Source of the DNA: the human T2T-CHM13v2.0 reference genome, Homo sapiens
Assembly: GCF_009914755.1 (NCBI RefSeq)
Contig: NC_060938.1
Direction: 5' to 3' (one strand)
Length of the DNA stretch: 64,000 nucleotides
Numbering within the stretch: the first letter of the stretch is position 1; every line of letters starts with the position of its first letter. This document shows, one piece after another, positions 27,450-50,449 of this stretch. The position numbers and the translations under genes were made by a program. Under the pieces are notes generated by a model. The model made no database searches, was not told the DNA's origin, and was given only the letters and a program-made list of their open reading frames with translations.

Positions 27450-27900
27450 ACTCACTTGTATAGAGCTGCACAATTGTGGAGGAGGCTGGCTGTCCTTGAG
27501 TGCAACGGTCCAGCGGATGGAGAGATGGTCTTCAGAGATTCAGTCTAGCCTACTATAAAGGGCTCCCACATCTGTTTCGGAAAGCCTTTATAATTTTTTT
27601 TTAAGGAGTTTGGCCCAGCAAATAAGTGTTCAGAATCTTTGAGAACGCCTGTCTTTGGGGTTCTTGGACAAGTGTGACTTCTGTATATATTCAGTCATAT
27701 TTTATATCAGTTTCCATCAGCTGTTGCTTTTTTGGATTAAAAGAAAAAAAGACACTGCCAAGAGATTTAAAGAAAAATTCTAACCTCGAGGGAAACCCTA
27801 CTACTCTGAAGTATGTCCCTAATGAGATCTTTCCTCACCAAATCCTCATTATTTTGTTTTGAGAGAGAGAGCTGGAAATGTTTCCAGTAGGATCCCTGGA
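27450..27900 (-). promoter_or_regulatory. Candidate OR10G2 promoter and non-coding first exon
   Basis: Minus strand: TATAAA (27592-27587) and GTGAGT donor (27455-27450); homeodomain TAATGA sites (27820-27825 +, 27846-27851 -); O/E-like TCCCTCGAG (about 27785-27793 -) and TCCCTGGA (27893-27900 +); unique, non-repeat sequence. Confidence 0.4.
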
Positions 27901-27989
27901 TAAGGAACTGTGGGGAATAACCTTGTTTGCATGTTATTTGAATGACCTCTAATTTCTTAGAGGTGTTATGAAGTCTCAACTGATCCCCT

Positions 27990-28270
27990 TCCCTCCCCAA
28001 ATACTCATCAGGATTCCACCATCATCTTCAGGTTTCTGTTCAGGCATCACCTAATCAGAGAGGTTTCTGTTGACTCTCTCCTTTCCCTTCCCTATTTTAT
28101 TTTTCTCTCGGCACTTGCCACCATTTGACATACTGTATTTACTTGTTTGTTTACTGCTTGTCTCCCTTCACTAGAATGTGGGTTTTGCTTAGCTTTGAAT
28201 CCCCAGCACTACTAGCATAGTGCCTGGCATGTAATAATTTCTCAATATGTACTTCTGAATAAATTAATAG
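27990..28270. mobile_element. L2 fragment
   Basis: CCCCAGCAC...AGCATAGTGCCTGGCATG...CTCAATATG...TGAATAAAT, an L2 3'-end signature. Confidence 0.65.
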
Positions 28271-28452
28271 TTGAAACTGCCACACATGTTAAATGCTGTG
28301 GGCAGAAAAAAAAAGCTGTGGTTTCAAATATAAATCTAATGTTTAAAATTACCTGGAGTAGATCTGACATCAAATTGATCCTCGAGTGACCTGCATATAC
28401 CAGGGCAAGTAGCTTCGGAAATCTATTTATTCATTTTTTCATATTTAATGTT

Positions 28453-28746
<294 letters not shown>

Positions 28747-28915
28747 TCATGTTAATCTAAATAACAGTGGGAAATTGACTACAAATGAAGATATGAAGCC
28801 TGGAGTGTGATAAAAGCTTCAAGAGTTTCAAGAACTTCCCCTGTAAGATGATGGAGCTCGACAAAGACTGGATGATTTCTAAGTTTCTTTTAATTCTAAA
28901 GTAAGAAAATGTTAG

Positions 28916-28917
<2 letters not shown>

Positions 28918-28958
<41 letters not shown>
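28918..28958. repeat. (GT)n microsatellite, about 20 units
   Basis: Read directly. Confidence 0.97.
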
Positions 28959-28960
<2 letters not shown>

Positions 28961-28995
28961 GTTGCACTGCTACCTGTTGCCACAAGATGACAGTA
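28961..28995 (+). promoter_or_regulatory. Candidate CTCF site upstream of TRAV1-2
   Basis: Core GCCACAAGATGACAGT with upstream-motif-like TTGCACTGCT; paralogous to 6175-6208. Confidence 0.5.
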
Positions 28996-29354
28996 TCATC
29001 TTTATTGAAACAAAGTACAGTTGCTATATGGAGTAAATAGAAATAAATCCAGAGAGTTCATGAGGGATATAAATTACTTTGGTAAAGATATTATATGTGA
29101 GGCATTAATTAGTTTGGGAAAACTATGTATCAAAAAGAGTTAACTTCCTTTTGTAACACATGGGAAATAGTTTGAAATATAGTTTTCTTCCTCCCTCCGT
29201 CTTTTCCTTCCTGTTTTACACCTAGTCTTCCTCCTTCCTTTTTTATTCTTTCTTTTTCTTTCTTCCACATTCTCAGTTTATTATGTAACAAATTTCAAGT
29301 CAAAGGAAACAGAGATATATAAGAAAAAGTTAACATTTTCACCATTTCTTTTAA

Positions 29355-30294
<940 letters not shown>

Positions 30295-30391
30295 TACTTT
30301 GTCTTATGTTATTCCCATTTGCCGTCTCTGTTCCTTATACATTATGCTTTTTCAACTTTACCAGAATCACTTGGATTAAAACCCGTGGATT

Positions 30392-30630
30392 TCTCAGTAG
30401 GAAATGTTCATGTGAAGACACTTCTGTAGTAACAGAACCTACAGCTGCTCCTGTAGAAGGAAGTTGAAAGTCATCCCTTCAAGAAAGGGGCTCCTCCCCT
30501 TGTAATTCTACTGGGTTTTGCATCCAGACTGAGTTTCCTTCCCTCACCCACATGAAGTGTCTACCTTCTGCAGACTCCAATGGCTCAGGAACTGGGAATG
30601 CAGTGCCAGGCTCGTGGTATCCTGCAGCAG
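30392..30630 (+). promoter_or_regulatory. TRAV1-2 promoter / 5' UTR
   Basis: Upstream of the leader ATG; 42-nt block 30535-30576 is identical to TRAV1-1 9402-9443. Confidence 0.7.
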
Positions 30631-31283
<653 letters not shown>

Positions 31284-31334
31284 AAAAGGCAACCACAGCA
31301 GCGAGAAGCTGTATTTCCTGAGTGTATGCCTGCT

Positions 31335-31595
31335 GTGAGTTAAGACTGGGGACTTTGGAACCAGACTGCCTGGATTTGAGTTTGCTACTCTCTAGTTGGG
31401 TGGTCTTAAGTCAGTCACTATTTTTTTTTCTTTTGGTTTATTTCCTTATCCAGAAAGTGAGAATAATGAGTATCTACTTCACAAGCCTGTTGTGAGTTAT
31501 GACTCTCTGTATCATCTATATCTCTATCTATAGCTATATCTAGTGTTACTCAGAGAAGTAGTGGCACACAGTAAACTTTATTTAAGTTTAGTTAT
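31335..31595 (+). mobile_element. MIR SINE
   Basis: GGACTTTGGAACCAGACTGCCTGGATTTGA...GAATAATGAGTATCTACTTCAC...GTTGTGAG, the MIR core. Confidence 0.7.
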
Positions 31596-32785
31596 TTCAA
31601 TTCTAGTCTTGAATTTTCACTAAGTATTACGTGGTAGGACCTCTGAGACTGGAACTCAGTATTTCTCTACCCTTGGTTTGTGGAAGGTGAAATCCTGACC
31701 ACTATTTGTATCTTGTGGATCTAAAGCTCCACCTAATGATGGAGTTTGTCGTTCAGGTGGATTGTTGCTTTGGAAGGATCACTGTGGTGATACTCATTTT
31801 CTTTGGGGGGACTCCGAACTTTGGAAATCCAAATGCAAATGCTTCAGAGTGAGATGTTAAGTAGCCTGATTAATTACGAAAGGCTATCTTCATTATGTGC
31901 ATCCTCTATAAATAAATGTAATCTTAACATATTTTGGAGGTTTATAACTCAGACTAGAAGTGAAGTTTAGGGGCTTCAGACTTGGGGAGCATGAACATAA
32001 TCAGGGGAGTCTATAGAAGATGGGAAAAAGAGTGAACATAAACAATTTGGTGGCAAATCTGGGTGAGGCAGGAGAGCCAGTAGGAGATTCCTATGACAAG
32101 ATGCAGTCAGTAGGCATTAAGCACAATAAAAATTTACAGTAAATGTTAAGATTTTCATTTCCTGCTTTATAATTCCCTTATGTTCTCTTCAAATCTTTTA
32201 ATGAAGTCTGTTAAATGCTACAACTTGCTGTCAGCTAGGTTTAGAGAGTACACGATTGCTGTGTGGCTACCTCCACATGAGATAAAGCCGATCAGAGTGC
32301 AGAAGCTCAGATTGCAGGTTATTGGGACATCAAAAGTGAGGGCTGCTCCAAGTTAACATAGTTATATGGCCAGTCATATGTTACATATATATATATTTTT
32401 TGAGTCAAAGATTAAGCAAAATTCTCTTTGGGTGAGATAGGAGTGCTTTTTCATTCTAATTTATAAAATGAACATTTGAGGTGGAATTTGAACAGACATA
32501 GTCACACTGGAAAGTAATCTTGACAACATGAATCCAGGCCACTGAAATGTTCATGTTCCTTTTGTCTAATAATTCATTTTTTTGAGCTCTCATTTAAATA
32601 AATGCAGGCTAGAAATGAGGCTTTGTTTTTTTCCAGTTTACAAGACAACCAAAGAAGCCATAGAAATGATATTTAAGGGCTTTGGACTTGGTGAGTATGA
32701 ATTGTTCATATAGTTATCAATTAGGGAAAACAATACTATGCAAATGATATGGTGAATGCTATGATCAATGGAATATTTTAAAGTT

Positions 32786-34923
<2,138 letters not shown>

Positions 34924-35260
34924 TAGCAAATAAAGGATGTTCATTAAGACTGCATAAAAATGGTGAACTGCTTATGATATAACAATGAATCAAGAAAACC
35001 AGTGTGCATAATTGAATATGCGGAATAATCACAGCTGTGTAAAAACTTTTGGGCATAGAAAAACAGGGAAAGGAATTACAATCTTCCCTCTTTACTGCAT
35101 TTCCCTTACTCAAAGTCTTAGTATGGGTAGATTTTCTTCTCTCTCTCTCCCTCTAGTCTCTTGGCTAGGATTGGAGGGTGCACTTCCAAGATGGCTTGCT
35201 CACATAGCTGTTGTTGGCAAAAGTCCCCAGATTCTTATCACATGGCTGTAGTGTGTTGAC

Positions 35261-35317
<57 letters not shown>

Positions 35318-35364
35318 TCTTTTATGGTCCAGTCTCAGAAGTGTTATACGATCACTTCTGCTGT

Positions 35365-38076
<2,712 letters not shown>

Positions 38077-38199
38077 CACTTCTGCTGTATTCTGTTGGTC
38101 ACACAGACCCACCCTTATACAGTGTAGAAGGCGATTGCACAGTGGTGTGAATACCAGAGATGATGGAGATCATTGAGGTCATCTTGTTGACTGGCTTCC

Positions 38200-38900
38200 A
38201 TTTACCAACTCCTGTCAGCCATTGGTTGAAGGATATTAATTTTATTAATTACCAGGGATATTAATTTTCTAGTATTCAGGGTTTACTATGTACATGGGCA
38301 AAGAAAGCGCCAGTTGCCAGAAAGATCCCCTCAGGCACAGAGGTGCTGACAGTTGAAAGTTGGGCCGTCCATGGAAAATGTAAACGGGTTATGCAGAGGA
38401 GGGTATTGATAGTGTCAGTCAACCCTTCCACTGCTTTGATACCCTCTTACCCAACATTATATTTGCTTTGTACTGTCATTGATTCCTCAAGGTGGTGGCT
38501 GATTACAGTTTCTTAAAAAAAAAAAAAAAAAAGACCTAAAACAGAGGATTTAGCCAGATAAGTAGAGTTGTTGCTGCAGTTGGTCCCAAGACCATCACTG
38601 TTATCTATTGTCTCCCTCTTCTATCACTCATTCTAGGCTCCCTCATTCAGCATTCCTGCTGGTCTCAGTTTCTTGCTCTTTGGTGACTCAGACCTTCATC
38701 CCTGAAGGGCCCAAGCCCCTGGTTACTGTACCCTTTTCAGACCTTGGTTGATGCAATTACCTCTTCACTGCTATCACCAAGCATGGAAACACCAAGACAT
38801 GTTCCAATACATCTCTGAGTTCCATTGGTACTTCTCTCTATCCCCGTTACATAGTAGCAACTCTATATCCTCATGATAGTAGTCAATTACCTCTGCCACT
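38200..38900. mobile_element. Probable MaLR internal (MLT1-int) sequence
   Basis: Follows the MLT1 LTR; degenerate GGTGACTCAGACCTTCATCCCTGAAGGG...-type internal sequence. Confidence 0.45.
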
Positions 38901-38904
38901 ATAG

Positions 38905-40960
<2,056 letters not shown>

Positions 40961-41129
40961 TGATATTTTTGCCTTACTTATAAAGATTACCTTACCCAGA
41001 CAACCTGTAAAGTGTGGAGAATATAGATTTATAGATATTGCTTTGAACATCTGCCCAAGCAGTAGAAGAGGCAAATTAGGAAGTGTTTAGCAAGATGCTT
41101 CTGGAAGCTAAGTTAGTTCGAGGCTGTAT

Positions 41130-41603
41130 ATCAGGCATCCTGGGTACCCACTGACTGGTACCAATTTACTTAGTGTTCATGGGTGAGGTTTCACTTGTCC
41201 ATGGACTTTGAATCCCTGGTGTGTATGCAGTGGTTATTACAGTGGCTCTACAAACTAATGTCATGCTAATTGCCAAAGGTTTGGAACTCTTCCATATTTG
41301 AAGGCTTCTGGATTTTTTGTCCACTTATTAAATGGCTAAATGAATGAGACTAATAACAGGAAAGGCATTGGAATGGAAAACTTTTAATAATACCTCCGAG
41401 TATTCATTGATGGCAAGTTCAGTTATGTCATGTGATGATCACTTCAAAATCCTGTGTCAGATAGGTAAAAATTCCAAAGCTTTCAAGCCTAAAATTTACC
41501 CTGTGCAGAATTTTGAGTTTCATGATTTTATATCCTAGGCTTCTATAATAGGGTATCAGAGGCGAATGGAATCATTAGAGGAGATACAGAGTAGATGGTA
41601 AGT
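41130..41603 (+). promoter_or_regulatory. Candidate OR4E2 promoter and first non-coding exon
   Basis: Unique sequence; donor ATG|GTAAGT at 41598; TAATTG/TAATG homeodomain-like cores; TCCCTGG O/E-like site at about 41213. Confidence 0.35.
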
Positions 41604-41967
41604 GTGTGATATATATTGAGAACATTTATTTTAAACAAATAAGATAGATAGTTTTTATGTATAAACAAATGTTACTGATTATACATTGAAGAATATTGCT
41701 TTGGACTTTAGAAGACAGCCTAAGCTTAATAGAGCTCCTGGGTTGATTGATTTGATTTTATGATGCTGAGTTTTGCTATCCTCTTCCTGCCTCACCTTTA
41801 TAATGTGATCATGATTATTGTTACTTATTTAAGGTGGGTGCTGAGGTGAGGAGAAAGGAGATAATAGGCTCTTTAAGAAAAGCTTATCTCCTGAGAGTGA
41901 TAAATGTACAGTGGTCTTCCTAAACTTCACCACAGTCCCATCTTGATGATCATTGCAAAGAAGGTAA

Positions 41968-42792
41968 TTATATTAGTCAGAGTTCTCCAGAGAAGCAGAA
42001 CCAAAGGTTTTACACACATGCACGCACACACACACACGCATGCACACACACACACGCACGCACACACACACATGCACACACACGCTGCATGCACACACAT
42101 GCATGCACACACACACAGATGCACACACACACACACGCATGCACACACACATACATAAATTAGTCCTTTGGTATACATGGGAGGATTGGTTTCCAGGATG
42201 CCCCTACCAATAGCCAAATCTGTAGTCATCCCTGCAGAACTGGTATATACTAAGTTGACCCTCCGTATACATGGGTTTTGCATCCTGTGAGTGCTGCATT
42301 TTCAATCTGCGTTTGGTTGAAAAAAAATCTGCGTATAAGTGGACTCAGTTCAAATCCGTGTTGTTCAAGAGTCAACTGTGTGTATATACATTATATATAT
42401 AAAATGAGAGAGAGAGAGAGAGAGAGAGAGTCAGAGATAGCTTGATTTATTATGAGACTGTGGATTGTGGGTTTGGAAAGTTTAAAGTATTCACAGCAGG
42501 GCTGCAGGCTGGAAATTCCAGCAGGAGTTACTGTTGCAGTCTTGAATCTAGAGGCAGTCTGGAAATAGAATTCTTTCTTCTTCTTAGGACCTCAGTCATT
42601 TTTCTTAAGGCCTTCTACTGATTACATGAAGCCTCGCCACATTATGGAGGGCAATTTGCTTTACTTGAAGTCTACTGATATAAATATTAATCACATCTAA
42701 AAAATACCTTCAAAGCAACAGCTAGATCATAGTTTGACCAAATAACTGGGTACCATGGCCTAGCCACGATGACACAGAAAATTAACTATTAT
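41968..42792. mobile_element. MLT2-type LTR containing a (CA/CG/TG) repeat and a MER2 (Tigger) insertion at about 42160-42378
   Basis: TATTAGTCAGAGTTCTCCAGAGAAGCAGAACC start; GACACAGAAAATTAACTAT end; MER2 end GTTGTTCAAGAGTCAACTG. Confidence 0.75.
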
Positions 42793-43042
42793 AGTAATTA
42801 AAGGGATAAAATTATTACCTGCATTCCATAATGAAAATAAAGAGACTTGCTCAAGTATACGCAGAGTAATATATGAGTTGGCTAAAGGAGCAAAAAGAAG
42901 CAGAATCCAAATTTATATATGTATATTGACAGGAAATATGCTTTCATTTGACAATATTTATTAGTTCTGATGCACAAGAATAGACTAAGACAAATTGGCT
43001 TTGATTTGCCACAGACCCCTTAAAAATTTTTGTATTTTCTTA

Positions 43043-43337
43043 CCGGGCCCCATGGCTCCAGCCTATAATCCTGGCTACTCAGGAGGCTGAAGTGGGAGGA
43101 TAGCTTGACACCAAGAACTCGAGACCAACCTGGGAAACATAGTGAGAACTTGTCTCTAAAAAAATTCAAAACACCAACAAACTAGCCAGGTATGGTGGCA
43201 TGTGCTTGTAGTCCCAGCCACTGGGAATGCTGAAGTGGGAGGATTGCTTGAGTCCAGGAGTTTGAAGCTACAGGGAACTATGATTGCACCATTGTATTAC
43301 AGCCTGGGTGACAGAGCAAGACTCTGTCCCTAAAAAA
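43043..43337 (+). mobile_element. AluJ SINE
   Basis: Diverged Alu. Confidence 0.85.
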
Positions 43338-43654
43338 AGTTTTAAAAATTTTCTTAATACAAAACTTTAAGCTTAATGTTAGTATCAAGTTATATCCCCT
43401 AAAAGTGTGCTTTCTGTTAATATGAACTAAAAATGAATACTTTTTTTCTATAAAAAAATTTGTTGAATGCGTCTTAAAATGCAGTTCCAATGGTGCCCAT
43501 GGTAGTTACTGATTAAAGTGGTAATGGCAAGTAGACGTAGTTCTGTCTTAGTTGGCCTGACAAAAGTCAAAGTATTGTAAAGGAAAAATGTAAAATTTGC
43601 AGAAAAGAAAAAGGATTAAAAAAAACCAAGGACCAATATTAAAAAGGCGAAACC

Positions 43655-44026
<372 letters not shown>

Positions 44027-44160
44027 TCACACACATGTACACATACACACAACTTAAAAAGGTGAAACTGTTCAAACAGAAAGCCAGTTACTAATATCCA
44101 AATCAGAGTGTATTTTATTTCATGTTTTTTAGGATTTTGCTTTTTCTGTTTCATTTCTAG

Positions 44161-44248
44161 AAACAATTATGAGAAAAGTGAATGAAATAACATTATAGTA
44201 ACTTTATAACAATTAGCTAAAGCATCCCTGCACAACTGGAGAAAACTG
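44161..44248 (+). other. Candidate 88-nt non-coding exon of OR4E2
   Basis: Pyrimidine tract TTTGCTTTTTCTGTTTCATTTCTAG acceptor and CTG|GTAAGT donor. Confidence 0.45.
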
Positions 44249-44958
44249 GTAAGTTTTACCACTACCTGCGCTGCTTGTCATGCTTTTTGTGGGTCTGCAC
44301 ATGTATGCTCATATGTACATTACGTACTTGGTATTGAGCAAGACTTGTCTGATATGTCACTTAAGTGTGTGTTTAGAAGTTTAATAGAAGACCTTTTAAT
44401 TTATGAGAGTTGTTTTAACCTCTTTTCTGTCTAAGGAATCAGAATACTTTTTTAACATGTTGCTGCCTATGAAGGCACCTGCACACACAGACAAAACACA
44501 CATACGCACACCCTCCAGGATTCCTCAAGATGTCTGGGGTTACGACTTGTCACCTTTAGAGTTTGCCACAGCACTGATTTCTTTTTCCTAGTTATCGAAC
44601 ACTCCGTAGGTTATGGAGTCTTGAGGTTGTAAGGGATCAAGACCATCACTTCTGTTTGCTTTTTGGATTTGAATACCTAGAACAGTGCCTGGAATATAGC
44701 AGACACTCACACATAATTATAGGATGAATGTTGAATGTTGAAAAGATGAAGTCTTTTTTACTGGCAGATGGCCATTCAGTCTTTGTTTCTAAGAGCAAGG
44801 AAGTCCTTACGCAGCAAACCTGTGCTCTGAAAGTCAGTGTACAGATTAGTTTTGGGCTGTTCTGGAGAAGATTTGGAGGACTACAGTTGAGGCCTGGTAG
44901 CTCTGCTCCTCTGGGATTTCTTACCCTGGGTCACTCTTTGGGACATAACTCACCATGA

Positions 44959-45552
<594 letters not shown>

Positions 45553-46699
45553 TCTAAATGCTTTCTATGTATGCAGAAGCAAGGACATCATTTTGTTCTT
45601 ACCCTACACAACCTTCAGCTCTAAAACTTTCACAGCAGTTTTTTTTTTCTCAGAGATTTCTTTCCCAGTTTTAGTTGGTAACTGAGTAGATGGTCTCCTC
45701 ATATACAGAGAAGAATCAAATCTTTAAAAAATAAACTAAATTTAATATGCTGAAAGGGATTTAGGAGTTAATCCAACTCAGCTCTCTGCAGCCAACTATT
45801 GAGTAATAGAAAGGCCTAGGGACAGGAGAATTGGGACAGAATTCCAATCTTGCCATGCAAAAGCTGGGAAAGCCACAAAACACCTCTGAAGCTTACCTGC
45901 ATCCCATTTTATTAGGGAGATGAACCTGTCAAAGGTTAGAGCGTGTTCCTATGAACTTCTGCCTTGTCTCTTCTTGAGGGTTTAAGCCCTGGCATTCAAT
46001 CAGTATAGGCAGTTCTCTTATATCAGATCCATCTAAGCAAGACCTTGGAAGCTCTGGATTTTACAAATCCATTTGAGGCTAACACGATAATGGTCTACTG
46101 TGATGGAAAATCATGTTCCACTTGGCAAAAGGAGCCTTCTCTAAGTAACACTTCTCTAAGTGGGTCCTTGCCAAGGATTGAGCCTTTAGTGCTGAAAGAG
46201 AGATCAGGTAGAAACAGAGACAAGAGGCAGAGAAAGATAGGGTTGGAGGTATCATTGATGAAAAGTAAAGATGAGTAGGCTGAAACTGGGGTCAGGGAGT
46301 AGAGGTCACTGATCTCTGGAAAGTCACGATACTCTTCAGAGGTATGATTTCAAAAAGGGGAAAGTTGTTGCTGTCTACATTGTGGAGCTGCTGTGGGAAC
46401 TCTAGAGCTCTTGGAAGAAAGGTAAAAAAGGTAGACAAAGAGCAGGAAGAGATAGATTTCATTGACCTTCAGTTTTTTTTTTTAAATGAAGAATTCTAAT
46501 ATACGCAGTATACAATACACAATACTGATGTCTAGTGGGGATTCTGGTGCTTTTAGCTCAATTGCCCCTTTGTAAATAAGATTTCTGCTGATTGCCTTAA
46601 AATGGGTAATTATTTTGATGTACAGATCAACTTACCCCCAAATTTTTGGATTTTTCATAATTCTTCCTTGCAGTGCTACTTTGAAAATATCTTTAAAAA

Positions 46700-46992
<293 letters not shown>

Positions 46993-47369
46993 TGTCCTAC
47001 TTTTAAAACATTAAAAAAATTAATTCAATAAGTATTCAGTGAGTTCTTCCTTTATGCCAGTTACTTTGCTCTGCGGATAGAAAAATGAATGAGATATTTC
47101 CCTTCCTTCAGGGAGTGCATAGTTGGATCTTATTGCTACTTAAATCCCACTTTATGTTTTTTTCTTTTAGTTCTTTGGTTAAGAACGTAGGCTCTGAAAA
47201 ATTCAAATTCCATTTTAGCCAGTTGCTGAGTGACCATGAGTGAATTATTTAATCTTGCAAATATTTTGGGAAGCAATTTGATAATAATATATTTTGAGGT
47301 ATAATCTTTAAGCTAGTAAACTCATTTCTAGTAATCTATTCCTAACGGAATAATATATTAGAGAAGTTA

Positions 47370-48480
47370 TAATCGTTCAAAAATATGTATTGAGCAACTG
47401 CTATGTTCTATATACTTTCCTAGATAATTTGGATGATTCATAGAGCGAAACAAAGATCCCTGTCCTTTTAGAATTTATATTCTAGCAGCAGGAGAAAGAA
47501 AATAATAAACAATAGACTAAATAAGTGAATTATACAGTATATTAGAAGGTGATCAGTGCTTTCAAAAAATAAAAAAGGTAGATCAGGATAAAGGGGATCA
47601 GGAGTGCTGGAATTCTCGGTGAGTTTTAGTTTTATATTATGTTCATCAGCATAAACCTTGTTGAGAAGGTGATGTTTGAGCAAAGACATCAAGGGGGTGA
47701 GGGAGTTAATTATGCCAGTGGTCCCCAACCTTTTTGGCACCAGGGACCAGTTTCATGGAAGACAAATTTTTCCATGGACTGGGGGTGGGGGCGATTGGTT
47801 TCAGGATAAAACTGTTTCACCTACATCATCAGGCATTAGATTCTCACAAGGAGTGCACAATCTAGATCCCTCACATGTGCAGTTCACAATAGGGTTTGCG
47901 ATTGAGGATTTAATGCCAAGGCTGATCTGACAGGAGGCAGAGCTCAGGCGGTGATGCTGAAGCACTCACCTCCTGCTGTGCAGCCTGGTACCCATCTGTG
48001 GCCCAGGTGCTGGGGACCCCAGAATTATGGGATATCTGGGGGAAGAGATTCCAAACAGAGGAAGCAGCCAGTGCAGTGGCCCCAGAGTGGGACTGTGTTT
48101 TGAGTATTTGAGGAATACCAAGGAGGACAACGTGATTGGAGCTGAAAGGAAGAGTGGTAGGAGACGAGGTCAGAGAGGAAATGGGAAGTTGTGTCATTGA
48201 GGGCTTTACAGGCCAAAGTAAAGACTTCACTTACAATGTGTGAACAGGGAGCCATCGAAAGTCTTCGAATTAGTGAAATGATTTAATCTGATCTATTTTT
48301 TTTTTTTTTTTAAAGATGGCATCTCGCTGTGCTGCCTAGGCAGACCTTGAACTTCTGGACTTAAGCGATAGATCCTCCACCTCAGCCTCTTGAGTATTTG
48401 GGACTACAGGCACGTGTCACTGCACCCAGCTTGACCTATGTTTTAATAGGATTTCTCACTGTAATGTTGAGAAAGATTGT
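47370..48480. mobile_element. L2 fragment interrupted by MER1B and an Alu monomer (about 48296-48432)
   Basis: L2-like TGAGAAGGTGATGTTTGAGCAAAGAC...GGAAGAGATTCCAAACAGAGGAAGCAG. Confidence 0.7.
47716..48022. mobile_element. MER1B (hAT-Charlie) non-autonomous DNA transposon
   Basis: TIRs CAGTGGTCCCCA...TGGGGACCCCAG; 8-bp TSD AATTATGC/AATTATGG. Confidence 0.9.
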
Positions 48481-49969
48481 ACCATTATTTTTAATAGTGA
48501 GAAATTAGAAACATCATAAATGGCCACAAAGGATGGACTGGGTGCACACATTTGAATACATATATGTGATGAAATGTCACTTGGTTATACACTTATGATA
48601 TAATACTGAGTGAAAAATAGAATATAAAATTATATGTTTATAATACAATTGGAACAAATTAAAGATAACAGCAGTAGGATAAGAACAAGCTATGGGTATT
48701 CTTCTCACTTGCTTTTCCCTGTGCATGCTTTTAATACTTTGTTTTAAAACAAAGTAACCCATGCTTATTATACAAACTTGAACAATTATGAATTATAATG
48801 TAAAAATTAATAAAATCCTATCATTTCCTTCAATTCCATACTTCTAGAATTAACTAATGTTAAAATTGATGTGTGTTCGTCAACAACTATCTTGTGTCCT
48901 TCTAGGAATAAATATATACAAACATAATTCATGAATATGTATATATGTTTGAATATGTATAAATATTAATATGTTGAAGCATATGCACGTACATATATGC
49001 GTAAATATATATGCATACACACACAAATCTTTTTCGATTTCTTTCTTCCTTTGTTCATTCATTCCTTTGTCCCTCCCTTCCTCACTCCCTGCCTTCTTTC
49101 CTTCAAGGTTCGTAATATACTCATAATAGGTTCTTTTGCTTAACAATATGTTATTGACATTCCATGAATTAGTAGTTTGTAATCTTGGCTGCACACTGGA
49201 CTCTCCAAGGAGTATTAATAGTGCTGATGGGTCCAATTGTCAGAAATTCTGAATTGATGGTTTGGCATGAGGCCTGGGTATCAAAATTTATAAAACTTCT
49301 TTAAGTGGTTCTAATGTGCAGCCACATTGAGAACCACTGCCTTAGGTTATACATATAGATCCAACTCATTATTATTATTATTCTTAATAGCTCATAATAT
49401 TCCATACTGTGGCTGTACTAAAATGTGTTTATCTAGTCCTCTATTGAGAAACATTCAGTTTGTTTCCAGTATGTTATTCTACTAAAAAGTCTTTAAACAT
49501 GTATCTTTAGTTCTTTAGTTACCAGTTTCTTTATTTCTACAAAATACAGTCCTATAAGTAAAGTTGCTGGGTTCAGAGGTATGAGTGTTTAAAATTTTAA
49601 TTGGCACTGCTAGATTATTTTCCAAAAAGATCTCAATAATACCTACTTCTAGTAGCAGTGTTAAGAGTACTCCTTTCCTTATATCTTTGTTAATCCGATG
49701 AATGACAAAAAGTATTTGATTTTCTTTTTAATCTATTACTAATTAAGCATATTTTTATTCATACTTATTTGTCATTTGAAGTTCTTTTTCTGTGACTTAA
49801 GTATATTCTTTGCTCATTTTTAATTGAGTCGTTTGTCTTTTCTTATCAAGTTTTAAGAGATCTTGGATAACAGGAGTAGTCTTTTTTGGTTATCTATGTT
49901 ACAATATTTTCTTCACGTCTACCTTTTTTTTGATAATTTATATGGCACTATATATTTTGTTATTATTAT

Positions 49970-50263
49970 TATTTTTTTCAGACGGAGTCTTGCTCTGTTG
50001 CCCAGGCTTGAGTGCACTGGTGCAATCTTGGCTCACTGCAGCCTCTGCCTCCCTGGTTCAGTTCAAGCAATTCTCCTGCCTCAGCCTCCTGAGTAGCTGG
50101 GATTACAGGCATGCACCACTACACCTGGCTAATTTTTGTATTTTTAGTAAAGATGAGGTTTCACCATATTGGTCTGGCTGGTCTTGAACTCCTGACCTCG
50201 TGATCCACCTGCCTCGGCCTCCCAAAGTGCTAGGATTACAGGCATGAGCCACCACGCCTGGCT
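49970..50263 (-). mobile_element. AluS SINE
   Basis: Reverse-complement Alu. Confidence 0.92.
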
Positions 50264-50363
50264 GGCATTATATATTTTAAATTATTGAGAAAGTTTAACA
50301 CGCTTTATCTCATTTTTATTCATTATGTTTAATATTTTTTCACGTTGGTAGGCCTTTGTCACT

Positions 50364-50449
50364 ATTGTTCCTAATGTAAGCCCCATGACATTGTTCCTGA
50401 TGTAAGCCCTGTGAACTACTGTTCCTAATGTAAACCCCTAATGTAAGCC
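50364..50449. repeat. Short minisatellite, 26-28-bp unit, about 3.5 copies
   Basis: Repeated TGTTCCT(A/G)ATGTAA(G/A)CCC. Confidence 0.85.

Noticed and set aside
50364-50449. CRISPR-like short direct repeats
   Set aside because: Human DNA, no unique spacers of proper length, no cas genes; it is a minisatellite
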